A stretch of DNA of 36,327 bases, taken from an uncultured Selenomonadaceae bacterium. GTDB taxonomy: Bacteria; Bacillota; Negativicutes; Selenomonadales; Selenomonadaceae. The translations under genes and the position numbers were made by a program. The DNA is taken from assembly GCA_905233325.1 (NCBI GenBank), contig CAJODU010000010.1:1-36327 (forward strand), in the 5' to 3' direction. The notes under the pieces were generated by a model, which had not been told where the DNA came from, searched no databases, and saw nothing but the letters and a program-made list of their open reading frames with translations. Positions within the stretch are counted from its first letter, which is position 1. Each line of letters begins with the position of its first letter. Shown here piece after piece: positions 6,924 to 15,093 of this stretch.

Positions 6924-8645
6924 ATGAAAAAATCTGTAATATCAGAACGATTTAAATCTATATTAACGGCAGCGACCTTCTCAATGGCAACATCATATCT
7001 GCTCGTTCTGTCAGAATGTATAATCGCCGGAAATATGATTGGTGAAGAGGCAGTCGCTGCCATAGCTTTAGTTGCACCGGTTATTCCATTTTTGCAATTT
7101 ATCGGCGAAATGATAGCCGCCGGAACATTTGCACTGATTTCATATGCAGGAGGCAAAGGTGACGAAGAGGAAATAAATAGGCTCTACAGTCAGGCAATGT
7201 CGTTGGCAGTGGCAGTTGGTTTCATTTTAACGCTCTTGTTTGTCGTCTTTAGGGTGCAAATTTTGTCGTATTGGGACGTTTCGGCAGATTTGATGACATA
7301 TGCTGACGCTTATTATGCCGGTGTTATGATTCGTCCTATAATTGCCTTTGTTGAGCTGTTTTTGATGCCGCTGCTGCTCATTGAAGGACAGGAAAAGCGA
7401 AATTTAATTGCATCAACCGTCAAGATAGTTGCCGGAATTGCACTTGAAGTGGTACTTTGCAGTAGTTTCGGTTTATTCGGAATAAGCCTTGCAACGACAA
7501 TAAGTATGGCTCTTGCACTATTGATTGAGGCAAGTTATCTCTTTACAAAAGATTGTCCGCTCAAATATAAATTCTATCTGAATTTCAAAAAACTGCGCGA
7601 AGTATTCAGTTTAAGTATATGCGTGGCAATACCGGAATTGTTTTTGACACTTCTGCCATTTATGGTTACTTCGTATTTAATCTCGAACTTTAACGAGAGT
7701 GTTATAGCAATATTTGCAATGATAAATACCATTCTTAATCTTGCAGTTGCAATATTCTATGGACTTGACGACGTACTGCAGTCGATGGGCTGCCTTTATC
7801 TCGGTGAAAAAAATATTCTTGGCATTAAAAAGGTTATGAACCTCTGTATAAAAGCTGCGATCGCTGAAGGCCTATTAATGGCGGCTATCCTGATCATCTT
7901 TGCAGATAAAGTTGTATTGGCCTTTGGAATAAATGAGCCTGAAATTTTTGAGCAAGCAGTTGATGCGATTAGGATTTACAGTATATTTTTAGTCGCGCTC
8001 TTCGTCACGATGACTTACGCCTTTTACTATCTCTACGTTGAGCGCAAAGTGATGTCAATAACCCTGCAATGCTTACTGCTCTTTATGTTTCCTGTAGCTT
8101 GTGTTTATATCTTTGGCGGAATGTTGGGTTTAAATGGTGTTTGGCTTGGTCTTGGTCTGGGTATTGCATTGGAATTTCCTGTTAATTTGTTTATGATTCA
8201 TATAATCAGTAGAAACAGTAACGGTAAATTGAAAGGACTTCTGCTGCTTGAAGAGGACAGAATGTCGCGGCAGGTCTCTTATGATATTCTTGCTTCACAA
8301 CAGGACGTCGTGGACTTGATTTACAGATTAGAACAAGATTTATCAAATTGGAATCTTGACAAAGAAACCCTTCATATGTTAGAGTTTTTCATTGAGGAGT
8401 TAGGGCTTGATGCGGTAGAAAGGGCAACGGTCAAAGCATTTAATATAGAAATAACAATCACAAGAGAAAATGATGGACATATTGAATTAATCATACGCGA
8501 TAATGGTGAGTTGGTGGATCTGACAAATGAAGATGAGAAACCGAGATCATTTAGAATGTATGTCGTCTCACAAGTGGCGTCAACCATGCCATACAAAAGT
8601 TATATCTTGATTGGCGGAGAAAATCGAACCGTATTAAAAATTTAG
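6924..8645 (+). CDS. MATE-family (MatE-like) 12-TM transporter fused to a C-terminal SpoIIAB/RsbW-like GHKL (HATPase_c-type) domain
   Basis: About 440 aa form a polytopic MATE-like region. From about 8260 the sequence is soluble: SYDILASQQDVVDLIYRLEQDL...LEFFIEELGLDAVERA...IELIIRDNGELVDL. This aligns by eye with the SpoIIAB N-box and G1-box regions. Confidence 0.65.
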   Translation: MKKSVISERFKSILTAATFSMATSYLLVLSECIIAGNMIGEEAVAAIALVAPVIPFLQFIGEMIAAGTFALISYAGGKGDEEEINRLYSQAMSLAVAVGFILTLLFVVFRVQILSYWDVSADLMTYADAYYAGVMIRPIIAFVELFLMPLLLIEGQEKRNLIASTVKIVAGIALEVVLCSSFGLFGISLATTISMALALLIEASYLFTKDCPLKYKFYLNFKKLREVFSLSICVAIPELFLTLLPFMVTSYLISNFNESVIAIFAMINTILNLAVAIFYGLDDVLQSMGCLYLGEKNILGIKKVMNLCIKAAIAEGLLMAAILIIFADKVVLAFGINEPEIFEQAVDAIRIYSIFLVALFVTMTYAFYYLYVERKVMSITLQCLLLFMFPVACVYIFGGMLGLNGVWLGLGLGIALEFPVNLFMIHIISRNSNGKLKGLLLLEEDRMSRQVSYDILASQQDVVDLIYRLEQDLSNWNLDKETLHMLEFFIEELGLDAVERATVKAFNIEITITRENDGHIELIIRDNGELVDLTNEDEKPRSFRMYVVSQVASTMPYKSYILIGGENRTVLKI

Positions 8646-8668
8646 GCAGCAGTGATTAATTTAAAATA

Positions 8669-8698
8669 TTGACAGAAGATAGCTTTTGATATTATAAA
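8669..8698 (+). promoter_or_regulatory. Candidate sigma-70 promoter for the ferredoxin/oxidoreductase pair (TTGACA-18-TATAAA)
   Basis: -35 TTGACA is at 8669-8674 and -10 TATAAA is at 8693-8698. Confidence 0.45.
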
Positions 8699-8726
8699 CA
8701 AACAATAATATTTTGGAGGCTTAAAG

Positions 8727-8933
8727 ATGAAGTCAGAATTTAAAATAAAATCGGAAAGGTGCAAGGGCTGCGGTATTTGTGTTGCCTTCTGTCCCAAGCA
8801 GGTGCTTGCCGTTGACGCTCTCGGTAAAGTTTACGTCAAAGATCAGGAAAAATGCATTGCCTGCGGACAGTGTGAGCTGCGCTGTCCGGATTATGCAATT
8901 TTTGTTGACAAAGTGAAAGAGGTGGCAAAATGA
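8727..8933 (+). CDS. 2x[4Fe-4S] ferredoxin, delta-type subunit of a 2-oxoacid:ferredoxin oxidoreductase
   Basis: 68 aa with two cluster motifs, CKGCGICVAFCP and CIACGQCELRCP. GGAGG lies upstream. The stop overlaps the next start (ATGA). Confidence 0.8.
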   Translation: MKSEFKIKSERCKGCGICVAFCPKQVLAVDALGKVYVKDQEKCIACGQCELRCPDYAIFVDKVKEVAK

Positions 8934-10069
8934 GCAATGCAAGATTAATGCAGGGCAATGAGGCAGTTGCTGAGGGTGCTCTCAAGGCGGGAGTAAGATT
9001 TTTTGGAGGCTATCCTATCACACCTTCAACTGAGATTGCTGAAGGTATGGCGAAGATGCTGCCACAAGTTGGCGGTACTTTTATACAAATGGAAGATGAG
9101 ATCGCGAGTATGGGCGTTGTCCTTGGAGCCTCGCTCGCCGGCAGGAAGGTTTTGACTGCCTCAAGCGGACCGGGCATCAGTCTTAAGCAAGAGCTGATTG
9201 GTTACGCAGCGGCGGCGGAGATTCCCGTCGTCATTGTCAATGTCCAGCGTGTCGGTCCTTCAACGGGTCAGCCGACCGCGCCCTCTCAAAGTGATGTAAT
9301 GCAAGCCCGCTGGGGTACTCACGGAGATCACCCTATCATTGCACTGTCACCTTGGAGTGTCAAAGAGGCCTTTGAAGTTACCGTCAAATGTGTCAACTAT
9401 GCTGAACGTTTCCGCTCTCCTGTTATTTTGCTGATGGACGAGATTGTCGGTCACCTTCGTGAGAATGTTGAGCTGCCTGATGAGTCGGAGCTTGATATTT
9501 ACCCTCGCCGTCAGCCTAAATCAACCCGTGCTGAAGGCTATGAGCCGTATCGTCCTGATAAAGACTTAGTGCCGAATATTGCGGACTTCGGCAGAGGCTA
9601 TCACATTCATGTCACAGGCCTCATTCACGATGAAACAGGTTTCCCTGTCGGCAGTCCCAAGGTCACTCAAGAGGCTATAGAACGCCTTCACAAGAAGATT
9701 GAGATTGCCGCTGATGATATTATCGAACACGAAGAGAGTTTTATGAGCGACGCTGAATATGCTGTTGTCTCTTTCGGTGGCACTGCAAGGACAGCTTACG
9801 AGGCAGTCAGAAATGCCCGCTCGAAAGGTATTAAAGTCGGTATGGTGAGACTGATTACCATTTGGCCGTTTGCTGATAAAGTGATTGCTGATCTTGCAAA
9901 ACGCGTCAAGGGTATTCTTGTCACTGAACTCAACTATGGGCAGATTGTCCACGAAGTCCGCCGTGCTGCTAACGGTCAATGCCCCGTTGAACTTTGTGCC
10001 AAGTACAATATGCAGATATTTGAACCCGAAGAGATCGAGGCTGCCATTGACGAAATGATTAAACAATAA
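8930..10069 (+). CDS. 2-oxoacid:ferredoxin oxidoreductase alpha subunit (KorA/VorB type)
   Basis: The sequence GNEAVAEGALKAGVRFFGGYPITPSTEI...MEDEIASMGVVLGASLAGRKVLTASSGPGISL is typical of the POR N-terminal domain. Confidence 0.8.
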   Translation: MSNARLMQGNEAVAEGALKAGVRFFGGYPITPSTEIAEGMAKMLPQVGGTFIQMEDEIASMGVVLGASLAGRKVLTASSGPGISLKQELIGYAAAAEIPVVIVNVQRVGPSTGQPTAPSQSDVMQARWGTHGDHPIIALSPWSVKEAFEVTVKCVNYAERFRSPVILLMDEIVGHLRENVELPDESELDIYPRRQPKSTRAEGYEPYRPDKDLVPNIADFGRGYHIHVTGLIHDETGFPVGSPKVTQEAIERLHKKIEIAADDIIEHEESFMSDAEYAVVSFGGTARTAYEAVRNARSKGIKVGMVRLITIWPFADKVIADLAKRVKGILVTELNYGQIVHEVRRAANGQCPVELCAKYNMQIFEPEEIEAAIDEMIKQ

Positions 10070-10112
10070 AAATTTTGCAAAATATATCGTCAATAACTAA
10101 GGTGGTGCTTTG

Positions 10113-10784
10113 ATGAAGAAGATTTTAACTGTTATCACTATCGTTTTGGGGATATGGACTTTTAATTTGTCGTATGTTGAATGTTCTTCCCCAAATATTG
10201 TAGAAAAATTTTTACCCTGGTCAGAAAATCGTGAAATATTAACTCGTGAGTATGCTGAATTACATTACGGTATGTCTATAACCAATATTGAACCGCAAGC
10301 TGTTGTGATACACTGGACAGCAGGAAATACTTGGCAGTCTGCCTATAATATTTTTTACGATGAAATTAGCAATGATCCTCTTGATGAAGGTGCCGTTAAT
10401 GTCTCTTCACAATTTATAGTTGATCGCGACGGTACAATTTATCAACTAATGCCTGATAACAAATTGGCAAGACATGCCATTGGTTATAACTGGTGTGCAA
10501 TAGGAATAGAAAATGTCGGCGGCGTCAACGGTGTAGAAAATCTTACTTATGAACAACTCAAGGCTAATATCGAATTGATACGTTACCTTCGTAATAAATA
10601 TCCTGCAATAAAATATATCTTTGGTCATTATCAGCAAGATATTGCCAGAGAAAGCGGATTATATATTGAGCATGTTCAGGGATATTCATCAGTTAAACCG
10701 GATCCGGGTCCAATCTTTATGAAAGCCATTCAAGATAATTTACAGAATGAAGGCTTTGTTTTCTTTTCGATAGACGTTAATTGA
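10113..10784 (+). CDS. Secreted N-acetylmuramoyl-L-alanine amidase (Amidase_2/PGRP fold)
   Basis: ATG 10113 follows AAGGTGGTG; the track starts at TTG 10110. There is a signal peptide. Motifs VVIHWTAG, HAIGYNWCAIGIENVG and GHYQ...PDPGP are present. Confidence 0.7.
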   Translation: MKKILTVITIVLGIWTFNLSYVECSSPNIVEKFLPWSENREILTREYAELHYGMSITNIEPQAVVIHWTAGNTWQSAYNIFYDEISNDPLDEGAVNVSSQFIVDRDGTIYQLMPDNKLARHAIGYNWCAIGIENVGGVNGVENLTYEQLKANIELIRYLRNKYPAIKYIFGHYQQDIARESGLYIEHVQGYSSVKPDPGPIFMKAIQDNLQNEGFVFFSIDVN

Positions 10785-10833
10785 ATATCTATATTTCTAT
10801 TGTACGAGAGTGCGAAAAAATGAATTGAAATGA

Positions 10834-10862
10834 TTGACTTTGTGAATATTAGTTGTTAAAAT
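10834..10862 (+). promoter_or_regulatory. Candidate sigma-70 promoter for purC (TTGACT-17-TAAAAT)
   Basis: -35 is at 10834-10839 and -10 is at 10857-10862. The leader is about 40 nt. Confidence 0.5.
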
Positions 10863-10908
10863 AATGTTAAGAATTTTTCAATCAGCTTTAATTGAGAGGT
10901 GTAATCAA

Positions 10909-11616
10909 ATGGAAAAAGGTAAAGTCATTCACGAAGGCAAAGCTAAAATCATTCATGAGACAAGTGACCCGAATCAGCTTATAATGTTCTTTAAAGATGA
11001 GGCTACCGCTCGCAATGGCGAAAAACGCGGCACCATCAAAGACAAAGGTATCATCAACAACAAGATCAGCACATATTTTTTTAAGCTCCTCAAAGATCGT
11101 GGTATTAATAATCATTACATTGGCACACCTGATGCAAGAGATATGCTCGTCAAGAAAATTGAAATGATCCCTCTTGAGGTAGTCGTTCGCAATGTCTTCG
11201 CCGGCAGTCTTGCAGCACGTTTCGGCAAAGAAGAAGGCCTTCCGCTTAGTATGCCTATTGTTGAATTTTATTATAAGAGCGATGAACTCGGCGATCCGCT
11301 GATTAACCGCTATCACGCAATCTCCCTCGAAATTGCAACGCTGAATGAACTTAATGAAATTGAACACCTTGCATTCTCGATCAACGCTATCCTCAAAGAA
11401 ATTCTCAATGCTAAGAATGTTGATCTTGTCGACTTCAAGACAGAATTTGGCCGCGATGAAAATGGTAAGATTATGCTCGGCGATGAAATTTCACCTGATA
11501 ACTGCCGTTTCTGGGATAAGGATTCAAAGCGTAAACTTGACAAAGACGTTTTCCGTCACGATCTCGGCAGCCCCGAAGAGGCCTATCAAGAAATGCTGCG
11601 CCGCTTGACCGAATAG
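10909..11616 (+). CDS. purC: Phosphoribosylaminoimidazole-succinocarboxamide (SAICAR) synthase
   Basis: ATG 10909 follows GAGAGGTG. The sequence HEGKAKIIHE...FKDEATARNGEKRGTIKDKG...LEVVVRN...KTEFG...LGDEISPDNCRFWD is typical. The 15 upstream codons in the track ORF are probably not translated. Confidence 0.9.
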   Translation: MEKGKVIHEGKAKIIHETSDPNQLIMFFKDEATARNGEKRGTIKDKGIINNKISTYFFKLLKDRGINNHYIGTPDARDMLVKKIEMIPLEVVVRNVFAGSLAARFGKEEGLPLSMPIVEFYYKSDELGDPLINRYHAISLEIATLNELNEIEHLAFSINAILKEILNAKNVDLVDFKTEFGRDENGKIMLGDEISPDNCRFWDKDSKRKLDKDVFRHDLGSPEEAYQEMLRRLTE

Positions 11617-11638
11617 ATTATAAATTGAACGAATATAG

Positions 11639-11679
11639 GGATTAGGGATTGAATTTTCGGTCTCTAATCCTTTAATTAT
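11639..11679 (+). terminator. Terminator- or attenuator-like hairpin after purC
   Basis: GGATTAGGGA (11639-11648) pairs with TCTCTAATCC (11661-11670), including one G-U, and is followed by TTTAATTAT. The tandem GGGATTA/GGGATT allows an alternative pairing. Confidence 0.4.
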
Positions 11680-11784
11680 CCCTTGGAGTAGACATTGTAA
11701 GACCTCGTTTTCGAGGCTAATGTCGTTGATACCGGAATCCCCTAGCTTTAGCTATGGGGAGTATGTCAAGGAGATTATATTGAT

Positions 11785-12834
11785 ATGAATAATAGATTAA
11801 CCTATAAAGATTCCGGCGTGGATATTGACGCCGGCAATGAGTCAGTGAAACTCATTAAAGACAGCGTAAAAGCAACGTACAGACCTGAAGTGCTGGGCGA
11901 TCTTGGAGGCTTTGGCGGACTCTTTGCCCTCAGCGGCAAGTATAAAGAGCCTGTCCTTGTCAGCGGCACGGATGGCGTCGGCACTAAGCTCAAAATTGCC
12001 TTTATGCTTGATAAGCACGATACCATTGGGCAAGATGCCGTCGCGATGTGCGTCAATGATATTTTGGTGCAGGGTGCGGAGCCTCTTTTCTTCCTGGACT
12101 ACTTGGCGGTTGGTAAGCTGGAGCCGAAAAAGGTTGCTGATATTGTCAAGGGGGTTGCAAATGCTTGTAAAGAGTCCGGCTGTGCATTGATTGGTGGCGA
12201 GACTGCGGAGATGGCGGGATTTTATGCTGATGGTGAATATGACATTGCCGGCTTTGCGGTCGGTGCTGTTGAAAAATCAAAATTAATAACCGCCGACAGA
12301 GTCCGCGAAGGCGATATTTTGATTGGTCTTCCGTCAAGCGGTCTTCATTCCAACGGTTTCAGCCTTGTCAGAAAAATTGTATTTGAGCGTCAGAAGATGA
12401 ATGGCAGCGAGTACATTGACGAACTCAGCAAGACAATCGGCGAGGAACTCTTGACACCGACGAGATTATATCCGAAGACTTGTCTGCCGCTTATTGAGAA
12501 ATTCAACTTGCACGGAATGGTACACATTACCGGCGGCGGCTTTTGGGAGAATATACCCCGTGCGTTGCCCGATAATTTGGGTGTTGAGATTGACGGAAAT
12601 GCTTGGACAATTCCGCCTATATTCAAGCTGATTCAATCCTGGGGCAATGTCGAATGGCACGAAATGTTCAGAACCTTCAACTGCGGCATTGGTATGGTCT
12701 TGATTGTCGGTGCTGATGAAGTTGAGGCTGTCTGCAGTCACCTCAACGAGAACGGCGAGCAATTCTACAACATTGGCCGCGTCGTCAAATCCAACCACGA
12801 TGTCAAGATAAAGGGCGGTGTCTTCAATGATTAA
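11785..12834 (+). CDS. purM: Phosphoribosylformylglycinamidine cyclo-ligase (AIR synthase)
   Basis: The sequence YKDSGVDIDAGN...GGFGGLF...SGTDGVGTKL...DAVAMCVNDI...GGETAEM is typical. Confidence 0.92.
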   Translation: MNNRLTYKDSGVDIDAGNESVKLIKDSVKATYRPEVLGDLGGFGGLFALSGKYKEPVLVSGTDGVGTKLKIAFMLDKHDTIGQDAVAMCVNDILVQGAEPLFFLDYLAVGKLEPKKVADIVKGVANACKESGCALIGGETAEMAGFYADGEYDIAGFAVGAVEKSKLITADRVREGDILIGLPSSGLHSNGFSLVRKIVFERQKMNGSEYIDELSKTIGEELLTPTRLYPKTCLPLIEKFNLHGMVHITGGGFWENIPRALPDNLGVEIDGNAWTIPPIFKLIQSWGNVEWHEMFRTFNCGIGMVLIVGADEVEAVCSHLNENGEQFYNIGRVVKSNHDVKIKGGVFND

Positions 12835-13432
12835 GCTGGGTGTATTATGCAGCGGACGAGGCACTGACCTGCAATCAATCATAGACGCAATCGCTGACGG
12901 CAAACTCAATGCAGAGATAGCAGTAGTCTTGACTGACAAGCCGAATGTTATGGCACTTGAACGTGCTCAAAAAGCACAAATAAAAAACCTCTGCATAGAT
13001 CGCAAGAAGTTTGACAGTAAAGCTGATTTTGAGACGGCATTGCTTAATGAACTCAAAGCGGCCGGTGTTGACTTGGTTATACTTGCCGGCTTTATGAGGA
13101 TTTTGAGTCCCTCATTCGTCCACGAGTACAAAGAGCGGATTATGAATATCCACCCTTCCCTGTTGCCGAGTTTTCCGGGTGCTCATGCTCATCGTGATGT
13201 CTTGGCTTACGGCGTCAAGATTAGCGGCTGTACAGTCCACTTTGTTGACGAGGGCACAGACAGCGGTCCGATCATCATGCAGGCTGCCGTTGAAGTCAAA
13301 GATGACGACACCGAAGAGACTCTTGCTGCCCGTGTGCTGGAGCAGGAGCACATAATCTACCCTAAAGCCATTCAACTCTACGTTGAAGGCAAGCTGGAGA
13401 TAGTCGGGCGAAAAGTTATTTCCACGCCTTAA
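12827..13432 (+). CDS. purN: Phosphoribosylglycinamide formyltransferase
   Basis: Motifs MIKLGVLCSGRGTDLQ, LAGFMRIL, NIHPSLLP and GCTVHFVDEGTDSGPII are present. ATG 12827 overlaps the purM stop. The track uses GTG 12818. Confidence 0.88.
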   Translation: MIKLGVLCSGRGTDLQSIIDAIADGKLNAEIAVVLTDKPNVMALERAQKAQIKNLCIDRKKFDSKADFETALLNELKAAGVDLVILAGFMRILSPSFVHEYKERIMNIHPSLLPSFPGAHAHRDVLAYGVKISGCTVHFVDEGTDSGPIIMQAAVEVKDDDTEETLAARVLEQEHIIYPKAIQLYVEGKLEIVGRKVISTP

Positions 13433-13880
13433 AAGGGTGCTTGCTCAAATATGCGTTGTAATATCTCTCATCAGAAGAGACCTCTTTATCAATCCACTCA
13501 GGCTTGCTAAAAATTTCATCTTCCGATTTAAGCTCAATTTCTGCAACAATAAGCCCTTCATTGTCACCCTCGAAGACATCAACTTCCCACTTGGAACCGT
13601 TGACATTGATATTATAGCGTCGCTTGATGATAATCGCCGGCTCGCAAAGTTCCAGCAGCTCTTTGGCGTCGTTTTCGGGAATTTCATATTCATACTCACT
13701 GCGGCTGATACCTGTATTCTTGCCTTTGACGGTCAGATAGCCGCGGTGATTTTTTATTCTCACTCTGACGGTACATTCCGGCGTAGCAGACAAGTAACCC
13801 TGCGCGATATATTCACCCTCAACATTTGGATTAAATAATTCCTTCTTAACTAAAAATTTTCTTTCGATCTCTTTAGCCAT
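13416..13880 (-). CDS. CYTH-domain triphosphate tunnel metalloenzyme
   Basis: The N-terminal EIERKFLV (ExExK) signature, a length of 154 aa and the beta-barrel-type alternating pattern fit the family. The 3' end overlaps the purN 3' end by 17 nt. Confidence 0.75.
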   Translation of the reverse strand: MAKEIERKFLVKKELFNPNVEGEYIAQGYLSATPECTVRVRIKNHRGYLTVKGKNTGISRSEYEYEIPENDAKELLELCEPAIIIKRRYNINVNGSKWEVDVFEGDNEGLIVAEIELKSEDEIFSKPEWIDKEVSSDERYYNAYLSKHPFKAWK

Positions 13881-13906
13881 ACTTTCACCTTAATCGAAAT
13901 TTAACG

Positions 13907-14974
13907 TCAATGTTTACTGACAAAAGTTTTGACAACCTTAAACAATTCATCGTTCTCTTCACGAGTCCCCATCGAAATTCTCAGACAATTCTCCAGTCTC
14001 GGAGCACTGCCAAAACTTCTGACGCCGATATTCAGCGATTCAAGATAATCATTCAAGTCAACCGCCTTGTCATAGTGAATTAATATAAAATTAGTGTTGG
14101 ACGGGTACACTGTCACACCCTTGAGACCTTTGAGCTGCTCACTCATTCTCTTGCGTTCGGAGATCATCATCTGGATTCTGGGGACAAATTCATCACGCAT
14201 TTGATAGACAATATCAGCCGTCGCGAGTGAGAGACTGTTCAGATGATAGGGCATGTATGTCTTTTCGATCATCTTGGTGACTTCTTTATTGGCGATCATG
14301 TAGCCGACACGCGCCGCCGCCAGTCCATAGGCCTTCGAGAAGGTGCGGGCAATAATCAAGTTGGGATAATTCTTTACAAGATTGACTGAGGACTTGCCAT
14401 AGAACTCAACATAGGCCTCATCGACAAGAAAAGCACAGTCTATATCCTTGATACTCTTGGCAATCTCTTCGATCTGCTCAACCGTTAAGGCATTGCCGGT
14501 GGGGTTGTTGGGATTGCAGACAACGGCAAGGGCAGGGTTTTCTTTTTTGATGATTGTGATGAATTTGTCAACGTCGAGATTGTAGCTGTCGTCCAGGTCG
14601 AAGGGTACAGGTTGAGCCTCCGCTGCCTTTGAATATATCTTATACATCGAAAAAGATGGTTGAGGATAGACAATCTTGTTTGAAGCAGATCCGCCGAAGG
14701 CATAGAAAATTTTCTCAATGATCTCGCTGGAACCGCTGCCAAGCAAAATTTGCTCAATATCTACAGAAAAATTTCTGGCAATCTGTTCGCGCAGAGAATC
14801 ATATTCATAATTCGGGTAGCGATTGAAAGCCACCCTGGAAAGTCTGGAAAGCACACGCTCCTCAACAAGCGGCGGCAAATTCAAATTGCACTCATTTGCA
14901 TTGACTTTAATTCTGTAATCACGCTCAACTCCGTCATACGACGGCATTTTATCTAAATCTTTGCGATATTTCAA
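13907..14974 (-). CDS. hisC: Histidinol-phosphate aminotransferase family (class II PLP aminotransferase)
   Basis: TTG start at 14974 lies 8 nt after AGGAGGG. Motifs NPNNPTGN, DEAYVEF and the PLP lysine motif FSKAYGLAAARVGY are present. Confidence 0.65.
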   Translation of the reverse strand: MKYRKDLDKMPSYDGVERDYRIKVNANECNLNLPPLVEERVLSRLSRVAFNRYPNYEYDSLREQIARNFSVDIEQILLGSGSSEIIEKIFYAFGGSASNKIVYPQPSFSMYKIYSKAAEAQPVPFDLDDSYNLDVDKFITIIKKENPALAVVCNPNNPTGNALTVEQIEEIAKSIKDIDCAFLVDEAYVEFYGKSSVNLVKNYPNLIIARTFSKAYGLAAARVGYMIANKEVTKMIEKTYMPYHLNSLSLATADIVYQMRDEFVPRIQMMISERKRMSEQLKGLKGVTVYPSNTNFILIHYDKAVDLNDYLESLNIGVRSFGSAPRLENCLRISMGTREENDELFKVVKTFVSKH

Positions 14975-15003
14975 ACTAATACCCTCCTGTTACTTTTGAT
15001 GAT

Positions 15004-15032
15004 ATTTTACCTAAACGAAGCAACAAAGTCAA
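15004..15032 (-). promoter_or_regulatory. Candidate sigma-70 promoter for the aminotransferase gene (TTGACT-17-TAAAAT)
   Basis: -35 is at 15027-15032 and -10 is at 15004-15009, both on the minus strand. Confidence 0.5.
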
Positions 15033-15093
15033 CAATGATATTCACTATTGTACAATCCAATAAATATGAAGATAAATTTTTCCTCTTGAGAAA

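Noticed and set aside
9477-9484. CTGATGAG (a hammerhead ribozyme core word) inside korA
   Set aside because: No matching GAAA/stem II-III arrangement lies nearby, and the word lies in a well-conserved coding region.
10785-10908. A purine riboswitch or PurR PurBox upstream of purC
   Set aside because: The leader after the predicted -10 is only about 40 nt. No guanine-riboswitch core (UAUAAU...GGAUAUGG...CCGUAAAU...GACUAUG) is present. Only a weak half-match to a PurBox (GTGCGAAAAAAT) exists, without the inverted partner.
13416-13432. A 17-nt overlap of the convergent 3' ends of purN and the CYTH gene, with no terminator
   Set aside because: Short convergent overlaps are common in compact genomes. 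Both ORFs end with family-typical sequence, so nothing suggests mis-annotation or a special mechanism.
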